From: Pseudovirgaria hyperparasitica
Lineage: Eukaryota
DNA: 64,000 nucleotides
Reading direction: 5' to 3' (one strand)
Assembly: GCA_010093815.1 (NCBI GenBank)
Contig: ML996574.1
Numbering within the stretch: the first letter of the stretch is position 1; every line of letters starts with the position of its first letter. The position numbers were made by a program, and so were the translations under genes. The notes beneath the pieces were generated by a model. The model was not told the origin of the DNA. It did not search any database and worked only from the letters and a program-made list of their open reading frames with translations. Shown here one piece after another: positions 1 to 11,392 of this stretch.

Positions 1-363
1 GCGGAAGGGAGGGAAAGGTTTCCTGTGAATTTTGATGACAATATATACAGTTTCTAAAGTGCCAATCCGAGAATAGATGCTAAGATGCACGTTCTAAGAG
101 CAGGGTTCTGCAATCAGCATGCATTTTCTATAAGGATATGTTATGAGGCATCAAGGCAACAATTCTTTTATGACGTTGACATCGTGAGGGCTGTTCGCCG
201 AGATCGCCCGAGCCACCAGATCGCTACAAACTCCACTGCAAAACATCAGCTATTATGATCATGTCAAGCAAAAAGTAATTGTATCTTCGCCTGGCCCTTG
301 CGCCGCCTCGAACTGTCCGGTTACTGTCACTTCATAGGATCGCGCACAAGTCTCACAACACCC

Positions 364-2064
364 ATGTCTCTGCGTCTTGAAATTGAGCTGGACAAGCTCG
401 ACCCCGCGGTTCCATTTCGCGCGTCGCGTAACCACCTTCATCATACGTGGGCGCGCACTTTCTATACGTCTCCAGAGCTGTATATCCAGCCGGAATCTCT
501 CGAAGAAGTCCTGAAAGTTGTTACGCTCGCGCGAAGATGTAGGCGCCGAGTCGTCGTCGTTGGCTGTGCGCATTCGCCGAGCGATCTGACCTGTTCGTCA
601 TCATGGATAGTTAACTTGGACAAATACAATAACGTACTACGCGTGGACAAAGATGCGAAGACCATGACTGTACAAGGTGGAATGAGGCTGGCAGATTTCA
701 ACAGGAGGGCCGCTGAACACGGGCTCACAATAAGGAATCTTGGGAGTATTGATGAGCAAAGTATTGTGGGCGCTATCGCGACGGCGACCCATGGCAGCTC
801 TTTACAACATGGTCTACTCAGTCAGAATGTCAAGAGCTTGCGGATTGTTTTGGCGAACGGGGGTTCTGTGAAGTGTAGCAAGGACCATAACGAAGAGCTA
901 TTCCGTGCGGCGCTGGTCTCTTTGGGTGCGCTGGGCATTATCGTCGAGGTAGAATTCCAACTGCGCCAAACAACGAATATCGAATGGGTGCAGTCGATTG
1001 AACCTCTATCTCTCGTCACAGGTACCTGGAATACGGACCTTTGGACACAGGCTGAATTTACACGGGTCTGGTGGTTGCCGTACTTGAAGCGTGCAATCAT
1101 ATGGCGCGCAGACACGACCACGAAACCGCGACGCGCACCTGCTAGCAACTGGTATGGCGGATCTATGGGCTACCATATATATCACAACCTGCTGTGGCTT
1201 TCAAATTATTTCCCCCGGCTTCTCCCCGCCATCGAATGGTTTGTCTTCGGCATGCAGTACGGTTTCAGAAATGGTACCACAGCGTCCGCCGTCGAGGAAA
1301 TGCGCTCTGGCTTGCTGATGAACTGCCTATATTCCCAGTTTGTCAATGAATGGGCTATTCCTCTATCCAAAGGGCTCGAAGCGATAGATCGCTTGTCTGC
1401 ATGGTTGAATGGCGACGAGGTAACGGCTGCCATCCCTTTCTCATCAGAGGGTCTCTGGGTTCATTCGCCCATCGAAGTTCGCGTTTCCGACACATCTTCA
1501 GTCTCTCCGCGTCCGTTCCTTGATCCAAGCTGCTCTTCTGAACCGACTCTCTACCTGAACGCAACGCTATATCGTCCATATCATCAAGATCCGCCCTGCC
1601 GCGAACGTTACTACGAAGCCTTCGAATATCTCATGCGCTCTCTTGGTGGCCGTCCTCACTGGGCAAAGAATTTTAACACCGTGACACAGACCGACATCCA
1701 ACGTATGTACGGTGCGGACCTGAACTCCTACCTTAAAATCCGCCAAGAAGTTGATCCAGAAGGCATGTTTGTGGGTGCATGGCACAGACGCTTACTACTC
1801 GGCTCGCAAGAAACCCTGCTCGCAAGAAACGCCCTCAGTCTCGAGGAACGTGAAGTTGCACGCGAAAGTAGAAGAGGCGGAGGTATGAAATGGTATGGTG
1901 AAGTGGTAGGCGGAAGTGAAAGCGTCCTCGGGAGTGCGACGAGTGAGGAGAGTTTTGACTTGATGCAGGGTGCCGAGGCAGAGCAGAGTATGCTTATGTC
2001 GAAGAGCGCTTTTGTGCTCGAAGAGGTGGATGGTGATGAACAGGATCATGAGAAGGCAGATTAG
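364..2064 (+). CDS. ALO1: D-arabinono-1,4-lactone oxidase (FAD-linked sugar-lactone oxidase)
   Basis: Single-exon ORF, first ATG at 364. N-terminal FAD-binding region with VVGCAHSPSDL (His at the covalent-FAD position), LGSIDEQSIVGAIATATHGSS, LVSLGALGII; C-terminal ALO motifs PIEVR and GGRPHWAK. Confidence 0.93.
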   Translation: MSLRLEIELDKLDPAVPFRASRNHLHHTWARTFYTSPELYIQPESLEEVLKVVTLARRCRRRVVVVGCAHSPSDLTCSSSWIVNLDKYNNVLRVDKDAKTMTVQGGMRLADFNRRAAEHGLTIRNLGSIDEQSIVGAIATATHGSSLQHGLLSQNVKSLRIVLANGGSVKCSKDHNEELFRAALVSLGALGIIVEVEFQLRQTTNIEWVQSIEPLSLVTGTWNTDLWTQAEFTRVWWLPYLKRAIIWRADTTTKPRRAPASNWYGGSMGYHIYHNLLWLSNYFPRLLPAIEWFVFGMQYGFRNGTTASAVEEMRSGLLMNCLYSQFVNEWAIPLSKGLEAIDRLSAWLNGDEVTAAIPFSSEGLWVHSPIEVRVSDTSSVSPRPFLDPSCSSEPTLYLNATLYRPYHQDPPCRERYYEAFEYLMRSLGGRPHWAKNFNTVTQTDIQRMYGADLNSYLKIRQEVDPEGMFVGAWHRRLLLGSQETLLARNALSLEEREVARESRRGGGMKWYGEVVGGSESVLGSATSEESFDLMQGAEAEQSMLMSKSAFVLEEVDGDEQDHEKAD

Positions 2065-3082
2065 CGGCGAAGGGGCTTCGAATGTCTCCGGACAAGATGT
2101 AGGCAGTCTCGGGCCGCGACGGAACACCTCGATTGACCATAAGAACGTAATGAGAAGCTGGATTCGGGCTACTTACAACCCTCTGGAGTGACCATGGTCT
2201 TTTCTCTTGGTCTTCACCCCTCAATACATTGAGGGACGTCGACATCTTACGAGGTAGCCGGCTCAAAGCAGACAAGACCTCTCGCGGCACCGTAGCGGAC
2301 CTGATCAGCCGAACTGCTCATTAAAAGTGTGCCTGTGACGTAATAATGTAGAGTCGACCCAGATGACTCTCTGGAATAGAATCTAGGGTTGCTAGCCTCT
2401 ATGATGTAGTGATTGACCTCATTGAATGACTTGTTAATGCAATTGACTAGACGAAGTTGTTCTCTGCAACCATCTGATGGTGTACCAGAATAACTGGCTT
2501 AGAGATCATCGGCCCAGGTATTCACTGGCTTTAGGCCAGAGCCATGAAAGCTTAAGGTACAATTCCCTCAAATGTTCACTTCCAGCGACCAAAAATGAAT
2601 CTATGAATGCAAACCGCCCGGCGATCACCTTCTAAAGCAAGTCCCTGCAAGTGCACAGTCATACCAAATAAACCAAGAAACGGTTCTCTATGCTAAATAA
2701 ACATGCTTCTTCTCCACCCGTTCCACAACACCAGTGCTTATTTTGTCGGCTCCTCGTTTGAAGTTTGAACGAACTCCTCATGGAGCTCTCTACCAGTTAT
2801 CTCGGACGCTGAGGCAACAAAAGAAATGTCCCATGCCAGAGTCGAACTGGCGGCCTTCGGATAACCGCACTCTGTGAGTACATCATATGATAGAATATGA
2901 GACCGACGTCATAACCAACTAGACCAATGAGACGTCTAGACCTTCTGCGCTGGGGATGAGTATTATATATGAGTGACACGCTGCGGCGTTACGATTCGAC
3001 AGCTTAGTAGACCACGCATAAGGTGTGGAACCAAATGGAAAAAGAAAAAAAATTCTTCACGAATATGTCCTGGAAATGTTAT

Positions 3083-3087
3083 AAAAA
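3083..3087 (-). terminator. Pol III oligo-T terminator of tRNA-Thr
   Basis: TTTTT on the minus strand 3 nt after the discriminator base. Confidence 0.7.
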
Positions 3088-3090
3088 CAA

Positions 3091-3173
3091 TGCCGCTTCT
3101 CGGAATCGAACCGAGGGTCTTCACATGGCGTAGGGATACGAGTGTGACGCGTTAGCCACTGCGCTAAAGCGGC
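3091..3173 (-). tRNA. tRNA-Thr(CGU) with 10-nt intron
   Basis: Minus strand GCCGCTT-TA-GCGCAGTGGCTAACGCG-TCACA-CT-CGT-A-[TCCCTACGCC]-A-TGTGA-AGAC-CCTCGGTTCGATTCCGAGA-AGCGGC-A. Acceptor GCCGCTT/AAGCGGC, anticodon stem TCACA/TGTGA, intron 3127-3136 after position 37, B box GGTTCGATTCC. Confidence 0.93.
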
Positions 3174-4701
3174 TAGAGTTATGTTGTGAAATTTTAAATC
3201 GTAAATATCTCCCTATAACTTTGTGAGGAAGATCAATGCATTTGTCAGGTCTGCTAATTACCGCTGCGTTCGTTCATGGCCACGAATCGGCCCCAGCCGT
3301 TCACGCCTACTCCCGGTACAACCGTCGAACCATGTTGATCTCATCTAACGTCGTCCGGTCCTCGTGCCGTTCTCCATCCTAATCTTCTGCGACATTGCAA
3401 TTCACTTTTGTCATTGGCCACAAAATGAACGGGTACTGAACTTATGGAAAGTCTTCACATTGCAGCCTAATGGTAAGGCAGTCGGGCAGCATTTGTGCGC
3501 CACACGACAGGCAAGCCTTCCTTCACACGACTGCGTGACCGATAGGATGCAGACTCAATTCCAGCCTCACATTTCAGGTCGCTAATGTGCTGAGTGCGTT
3601 GGCCATACTGTAAGCATCATCGTGGACAGTTGCCTGATGAAACAGGCTACCAGCGAGGCCTGACTAGCCTTGACTCCCCATGACGATGCGAGCAGCGCCT
3701 CATTGGAATAGCAAGCCATTATAATCAACTGCTGCAACGATGCTCGAAGCCACGATCCCCCGGATCATGGCACACTTTGTTCGGCCAATTCAGAATAGGG
3801 CTTACCACCGTGCGCGGCAATTGGTGAACTACTGCTCTCAAGATGCCGTGCAGAAGAGATGCTTAGCACCTTCAATTGGTCAAGGCTTTGCATTCGAAAG
3901 TCGGTGTATGGGATAGGCGTGTAATTATCGTGCATGCACTGAGGCTGAGCTGGGAGCCTCCGGCTCATGCCAATGCAGCAATGCTCACACCTTTAGCTAC
4001 TGAACAAACGTGCTCATCAACGACTGGATGGCGTTGCTCGATCTCTAGAATTATTGGAATTGAATCGTCATAACATTTCGAAGTAGATTCTGTCTCTCAA
4101 TGCTAGCCAGTGTCTCGATTTCCGAGTGCGCTCCTATGCCGTTGATACCTGCTGCGCCTCAGGCCAAACCCGACTTGGCTGTGTGGCGCAGGCAGCAATA
4201 CAATGACCCAGGACAGAAATCGTACCCCCAATACAGACGTACATACAAGCTGAAGGGCCTGATACTCATTGTACCCGCCTGTCTTAAGAATTGTAGACTC
4301 CCCACTGTCTTGCTCACAGCTTACATCCTCTGCCTCGAGCTAGTCCTCTAATCTTCGACTGCTTTTCACTCCTATCCTAAGTGAGGTTATAGTCACGCTT
4401 TTACAACCATATCTTCTATGATGCCAATCTCCTTCAGTCGTAAAGATTCTACTTTCGTCTAATTCGCCGGCTCATCGCATAATACTGGTACTCGGCTCTA
4501 ACGACGATAACTCAATCGCTTCTCAGGCACGAAGACTTCAGACCTCTTAACGATTTTGTCGGTGCTACGTCTTTCCAATCGTCGATTGTGAGGGAAACTT
4601 CGACCTCCTGGGAACACGTTTTCCGACGTATTTGTCGTCTAACAATCAGTTCGTCGATATATATTGACTAGTCTTACTTCGTGAGCTTAGTAGTTCGAAC
4701 A

Positions 4702-6363
4702 ATGGCTATTCCCACCACACGTCTGGAGTTTTCTGATTTCCATCGGAGGCCTAGGAGCAATTCTTTCGGTCAACCTGGTCCTCTTCATATCGACATTCCA
4801 TCCCAACCTCTAGGTCACACTTATGATACAACATTTCACGGTAGCTGTTCCAGATGCCACCACTGGCATGATGGGATTCCCTTTAAGGTCCTGAATGCCC
4901 CCGAAGAGTTCACTGGCCTCCATTGTCATAAGTGTAACCACAAAATGTGCGGTTTGGGGAGGACCTCAACACATGCGAGCCTCGCGTCACAAAATACTAT
5001 TCCAGACCCACTACGCTACCCAGTCGAGAGTGAAATCCTATCAGGAACGATAGCGGAACAACACGAAGAATCAGAATCCATGCGTCACGGCGGTCTCGCC
5101 ATATCAATAGCCGATGAATCAGGAGATTCCACATTCGACGATGTGGATCACCTTTCTTGCGGACGGGACAGGAAATCCCAGGCTTCGATACACCCGCCTT
5201 CCCCGAGCTTACTGTCTCCGAACGACTTCCATGATCAACCAATCCTGCGTGACTACCCAGGGCCACCTCCAAATGACGTTGAAGAACCATTATTTCCACA
5301 TTCGCAACCCTCGGAGCTCCCACGCCGTGGATTCTTCAAAGATAAGCTCAAGAAGGGAATCAAGCGTGCAGTAAATAAAGTTGGATACGACATTGTCAGA
5401 CTTTCCCCAACTTCGCCCCATGAGTTTGAAGCCACCACGAAACCACCCGTGATTGGTCATGAAGGAGCAAGTAAAGTTACAATGACCCATGGGGTGCACT
5501 CACAGCCCTCTCCGCCTCCATCCCCAGAAACTCGCATATCCCCACGGCTGTCACCCGTTCCCAGACTGCACACATACAAGCATCCAAAAGGACATATTCC
5601 GCCGACCGATGAGCTTATCCATGAATGCCGGCAGGCAATGACCACTAAAGCGAGCGCGCATCGCTCAGTCTCAGCTCACCCTACATCGTACAATATTCCA
5701 TTAGCAAGCTCAGTTGCAGATGATAATAATGCCATCGAAGACTGCCAATTGCCTTCCAACAACAGTCAATCAGGCAGAAGTGACTCATATAGTCAGCACC
5801 AGGATATTGTCTATAATGAAGATAATAGTGAGCACCAAAGCTCGTCCCTTGCCACCGACCGTGATCGTGAATCCGGGATAGGAAACGAAGTTTCGGATGC
5901 GAGTCATCGGAGCATGACAACGACTGCTATCAGCTCGCAATCATCTGCTGGACACCCGTCGATATCTGATCTGCCTGATTTTGCATTGGCTTCACCTGGT
6001 GGTGTCTCCGGTCGCGATGATCAGCTTTTTGAGCATGTAGGATCGCAAGTTTTGTTAGCCGAACCGTACCCTTCAAACCTGAGAATTTCCACAGATTCCG
6101 AAGGCTTGGGAATCCAATTACGCTACGACATGCCCCAGGATGACACGAATGAGGAAGATGGTGGCCTCACGCCAGTGGCCGCCAACGGAGGAGGAAGCCG
6201 TAGATCTTCTTTACCGTTCCTCGAACCACCTGTGTCACCCGAAGACATCATAGAGAGACGAGAGCAATTACACAATGGTACCGAGCCCCAATTGCGAGGG
6301 AGTATTGATAATGACAGCCTGACTGCCAACTACGGCAGTGAAACACCACACCAGGATGAATGA
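4702..6363 (+). CDS. Hypothetical protein, N-terminal Cys/His cluster followed by long Ser/Pro-rich disordered region
   Basis: 553-codon single-exon ORF from ATG 4702; motif HGSCSRCHHWH...HCHKCNHKMC near the N-terminus; the rest is low complexity. Confidence 0.75.
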   Translation: MAIPTTRLEFSDFHRRPRSNSFGQPGPLHIDIPSQPLGHTYDTTFHGSCSRCHHWHDGIPFKVLNAPEEFTGLHCHKCNHKMCGLGRTSTHASLASQNTIPDPLRYPVESEILSGTIAEQHEESESMRHGGLAISIADESGDSTFDDVDHLSCGRDRKSQASIHPPSPSLLSPNDFHDQPILRDYPGPPPNDVEEPLFPHSQPSELPRRGFFKDKLKKGIKRAVNKVGYDIVRLSPTSPHEFEATTKPPVIGHEGASKVTMTHGVHSQPSPPPSPETRISPRLSPVPRLHTYKHPKGHIPPTDELIHECRQAMTTKASAHRSVSAHPTSYNIPLASSVADDNNAIEDCQLPSNNSQSGRSDSYSQHQDIVYNEDNSEHQSSSLATDRDRESGIGNEVSDASHRSMTTTAISSQSSAGHPSISDLPDFALASPGGVSGRDDQLFEHVGSQVLLAEPYPSNLRISTDSEGLGIQLRYDMPQDDTNEEDGGLTPVAANGGGSRRSSLPFLEPPVSPEDIIERREQLHNGTEPQLRGSIDNDSLTANYGSETPHQDE

Positions 6364-7873
6364 CGAGTCTTTTGCATCCTTATGCACAAGGATGGACACA
6401 TACACTACTGGCCGATAAAGAGTTAATCCACATGGAATTGCAAGTATGAGTCCGGTTCGGTCCTCATTCGATATAATCCCGACAGCAAAGGTCTCGATCA
6501 ATGGCCACTTTGAGGCAAATTTAACACGCCTGGTATTTCCTTGATCCTTGTATATCCATCTACATCTCTGTATATGTATAGGAAGCAATAGGTTCCCAGA
6601 TATCTCACTTGCACATTCATTGCTTGTATGTAACTCACCATTTCATTCTTGCGCAATCAGAACACGCTACCTTTATCCACAAACAACAATGGTGTAAATA
6701 TAGATTCCTACTACTCTATGGAAATGAGCTGAGGCAGATAATATGATTCTCTGTTCTAGATTACAGAATCTTTGACTGCAGCCAAGTGTCTCTGATGTGT
6801 ATGTGAGCCTGTTCATAAATGGTAGTCCTTTTTGGGGCCTACCCCTGAACCTTAGATCCCTGAAAGCAAGCGCCTGGCCGAAAGCTAAAAAATATAACAC
6901 TTAGGTGTATTCTGTTTATTGTGAGTACCAATATGGAAGAGCCGTTCAATGTATACGTGACCGATGACCAATTGAAGCACGTTAGTCAAGCATACATGAG
7001 TGGAAGTACCGAGGAGGGAGTACAGCCATCGCATTAGTAGTGCGAATACGATAAGACAATAACAGAGTTTGTACGAGGAAAGATCAGGCCCTAGACTTGA
7101 GCCTCCACAGACTCATAGCAATGTCTGTTCCGGTCTCTAGGGAGCAGATGCCCATTAGCGGTATGCTTTTGTTTACTTTATCGACATACTGCGCGCCTTG
7201 ACTCGTACAGGTAAATATTATACATATATTTCTGTCTTTCTTTCTTTCTTTCTTTTTTACTCCTAGGATATGTAATCTTGCAATTAACTTTGTTCTCCGT
7301 CGATCTGGCGAACGTTGGTTAAAACTGCTAATCGAAAGGAGCCAATCAATGCCACTAATCTGCGTCCCGTCACCTTAAGGTGGTAGCCATATACAGTTCA
7401 TCGTCGAAAGCAGGGCGATCGGACAGCATGGCCCGTGTCTAGAAAAAGCGGAGCCTTGACGGATCACTATAATTGGCTTACGAGCCATATTCGCTCCCAA
7501 AACGGGAATTTTTGACCATCGTTGAAAACAGGGCCATTGGGCAGTTGGGCAACATGGTCCGTGACTGGAAAACAGTGGGTCTTTGGTGATCTACTTTCAC
7601 CAGCCACTACTGTACTAGCTTCAAGGGCAACCATGGTTAGGCAAGTAGATCTGTGATGAATTTATGTCCTGACACCTATTGGCTCCTCTACTTTCACACT
7701 GATAACGAAGTAAGCACTCCCGCTCGCTCTGATTCGATGCCTCATATTCGATCTATGAATGGGTGGATTAATGATTAGTTGGGTAGATTGCTTAAGCAAT
7801 TCGACGACTTAGTAGCAAACATCATCATGAATGTATTACGATCGTGGCATTACAGACTCGCCCTATTCGTTTT

Positions 7874-10800
7874 TCACGTCCAAATCAATTTCTTCAGATT
7901 ATAACCCAAGCTTTCGACCCAACCGGTCGCTTTCTTCGCCTCTGCCTCACTAATGATATCCTTCTCCTCGATTTTGAGCCCCCTTGTGCATTCCGTAAAT
8001 TTATTCGCGACCCGCGCGATCTCCTCTGTAATATGCTTACACGTCTCGATTTCGTTTAGTGGCGTATGTGCATCATCATCGCCCTTCGAGGATTGTATCG
8101 TTGACGCGGGGGGAAGTGCTTTGAATGCTAGGAATCGAGTTTCTTGGGTAGGTAAAGGTGTCGAAGAGGTGTTCGACGGTTCAAATTCGTGTGAACTGTC
8201 CAAGCTGCGGGTATTGCGTCGGACAAGGTCTTTCCCACTACCGGTGCGGAACTGCAAGACCAAACCGACGTTTTTGCTTGTGTCAAGATGTCGTGGTGCG
8301 AGTGTTGATGTTATATATGTGCCACGTGAAAGCGAAATCATGTCTCCAAGGTCAACACGTTCGAACATCTTGACTTTCTCTGTTTGCCAATCAAGTCTGC
8401 ACATGTAGGCAGCTTTCTCAGTGAGTAGCAGAACACATTCTTCGAACGGTAGTGTACGCAAGGTATTGCTTTCGGCTGGACAGCTTAATGTCCAACCGTG
8501 GATGAGATCCTCCGCACCTGGATCTTCTATCACGATCTCTGCCGCGCGGTGGATGGCACTTTGGCGGACTTTTCGCATATCTAGTGCGTAGTCAGTTGTC
8601 TTCATATCAGCCTCGAACTCGGCGAATATTGATTCGGGGGCACGGCCCAATAGGTAGTCGATGAGCGCTTGCGCAAAGTAATCATTAACAATGTTATTGT
8701 AGTATCTCGTTAGAGTAAGACCAAAGTCGGTGAGTGCGCCAGAGATCTGTCTCTTTCTTGTACGGGTGTAATCTCCTTTTAGAGCTGCCGTGCCCGAATA
8801 TTGTTTCGAGACTGCATCACCATTATCTGCCCAAAGTGTATTGAACCAAGAAGTTCGAGGGTCAGTCTGCAGATCGATCTTGATATTAAGATAGGAGAGC
8901 TGGGTCTCCAGTGCTGCACGACCTGTAGCAGACTGAACAACATTTGTGCGGTCAAGACAGTCCATACAATTCGTTCTAAGGATGCCTGATTGAATTGAAG
9001 TCAAGGTGTCTCCTTCTTGAACAGTGAACCCGGTAGAATGAAGAAACGGGCCTAGGGTGTCCATAAGAATCGATACGTTCTCGAAGCGCATGCCGCGACA
9101 CACGTTGTGGAAATCAAACCACTCGAATCCAAGCTCGCTTCCTTTACCATCTATACCGCCAGACTTATTAAGTGCCTCCGCATGCTGTTCGTATAATTTT
9201 CCAACTTTGGCTTCTGTCCCATGCTTATCGACCAGCGAGTCAGCATAGACCGTCCCATAACGCGAAGCGAGATTCGCAAAATGTAACCTGAAGGCGCTGG
9301 CGTTCATTTCCTCAGAACCCTGCAGGGTTACTGCGGGTTTGAGCGAGTATGGACTCTGAGAAAAAATCAATGGGATAGATCCACGGCACTGCGTAAAAGA
9401 GTAGATCGCGTTGTTTGTGGTATCCCATGTTGGGGAGGACAGTAACTGCTCTGTCTCCACACTGTTCGCAACATTACCCTCTCCGTCAACGCCTCTTCGT
9501 AGGTATCGAAGGCCTGCGCGTAGAGTTGATCGTCTTGAGATGAGTGTTAACAGGAAGTCCTTCGTCTCAGATTCGGTTGCTGACGCAGCTTGTTTTTTAG
9601 CAACCTCGTCATGTTTGCTCAGTATGGCCTGTAAGGACGTTGCAGCGTCGACTACAGTGTCCAAATGTGAGTCCATTGAGGTGTTGACTGTAAATGCTCG
9701 CTGGCCCACGAATCCTTGTATAATAGGCAAGACAAAACTTAGCTGCCCAGCGTCTATAAAAGGGCTAGCCATATGGTGGTTCCACAAGTACTGGTATATA
9801 CTGTGATTAGCAAAGTTTCTAGAGTTGATCGTATGTAACATACCAAAGGATCGAATTGCTTGAAAAGAGGCTGACTGCTAGGTGTCAAACTTTGGATTGC
9901 TAGTCTCCGTGAGAGATCGATATCGTACGAGAAATAGAAACTCTTGGATCCAAAATAAATCTTCGTCGTTCGTAGTATTTTTGGAAGGAGTGTGATAGAT
10001 GATGCATTCTCAGCATCACCCAGAGCTTTTGGTATTTCTTCCACAGGTACGTCGGACATACACACCGCAGGCCTGACTTCATCGGAGTTCAATTTTCGAC
10101 CCCCGTCTAACGTCTGCTTGTTTCCTTCTCCATAATTCGTCGGCTTAGAGCTATCTAGATTATCATCATCCATAGTTTGCTCCAAATCTTGCTGCCTTCT
10201 CTGCGCTAGGCTATCATCGCTGCTGATTCCCTGTCTTTTTCTCTGTTGGGTACTCCAACCCTTACGACTAAACCACTGGTCCGCGAATCTTCCATACAAG
10301 CCTCGACGTGCGATAACGTCTTGCCCTATGCTGGTGCGTCGTTGCCTCTCTTGCACTGTGGCTGCATCCTTTTCCAAGCTCGTACGTGGTGTTGAAGGTA
10401 CACTCTCGGGAAGAGACTCGTCATCGGTCACAGTTGCTGTGTCGCTCTCTTCTGCGGACGAATCATCATCTTCGGGCCCTAGGGCTGTTTCTGTCGAGGT
10501 CTGTCGTCTCAAGTGGTCTTTTGCTGAGGTGATTGCCTTCTCGGCCTCGGCCTGGGAGACTAGGGGTATGAGCGATACGTCTGAAATGACATAAATCGGC
10601 TTTCGTCGTATATGAGCAACTTGTTCGCGACTTGCGATGGACACCAGAAAACTTGTAGACGCGACTTTGAAGAGGCCTAGTGCGGGGGCAAAGTGATCAG
10701 TAGACATACGACGAGTAGCAAACATGAGTATTCACCAACAATGCCCCAAGACTCTAGTACATTCTCTGCGGTCGGCTCTTCTCTGCGATCGTTCAACAGT

Positions 10801-10934
10801 GGGCCAACGTTACCCTTCCAATCGATCTTTATCGCTTGGTGAGTCGTTGGTGGATGGTTTTTTGGAGGTGCTGGCTGCAAGATAAGACCATCGACGGCAG
10901 CAAATATTAGCAGTTTTCGAACTATGCTAGGCAT
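7874..10934 (-). CDS. SacI-domain phosphoinositide phosphatase, Sac2/INPP5F-like (~982 aa, 3 exons)
   Basis: Exons 10934-10736, 10676-9844, 9790-7874 joined by GT-AG introns of 59 and 53 nt. Motifs FYFSYDIDLS, LISRRSTLRAGLRYLRRGVD, QCRGSIPL, catalytic LRTNCMDCLDRTNVVQ (CX5RT) and LWADNGDAVSKQYSGT. C-terminal extra domain and no C-terminal TM helices. Confidence 0.9.
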
Positions 10935-11392
10935 TTTGAAGGGAGTAGTTTGTCCAGCTCTGAAACCGCGATAGCTATCGTGTTGCGCTCTCCCAGGTGT
11001 TATAGGGAGCTGGAAGAGAGTCTATCTATAGAAATGGAGACCTGGTCTCATGTTAGAAGATCCAGCTGAATCATAATTTCGAAGTCTGCGATGAAGGGAG
11101 CTGTACCGAGTTGGTAGTCTCAGGTGCAGTGGTCGCATGATGACGTCGGTCTTGGCAGGGAAAGTACTTTGCAAGTCGAGCAGGGGGATGCTTGCGGCCT
11201 TGCTCGTGCGAGATCGACCGCATATCTGTATAACATTGAATTGTTACATATACACATGTAGTAAGCATTGGGCCGTCTTCAGACTATGTTTCGACATCAC
11301 GAGTGCTTGAATAACGTTGTCGTGTGGAGTACCCATGTAATATCCTGAACGCCAGAGAACTCGGAACACTTCGTACTGTTACACTGGAAGTG

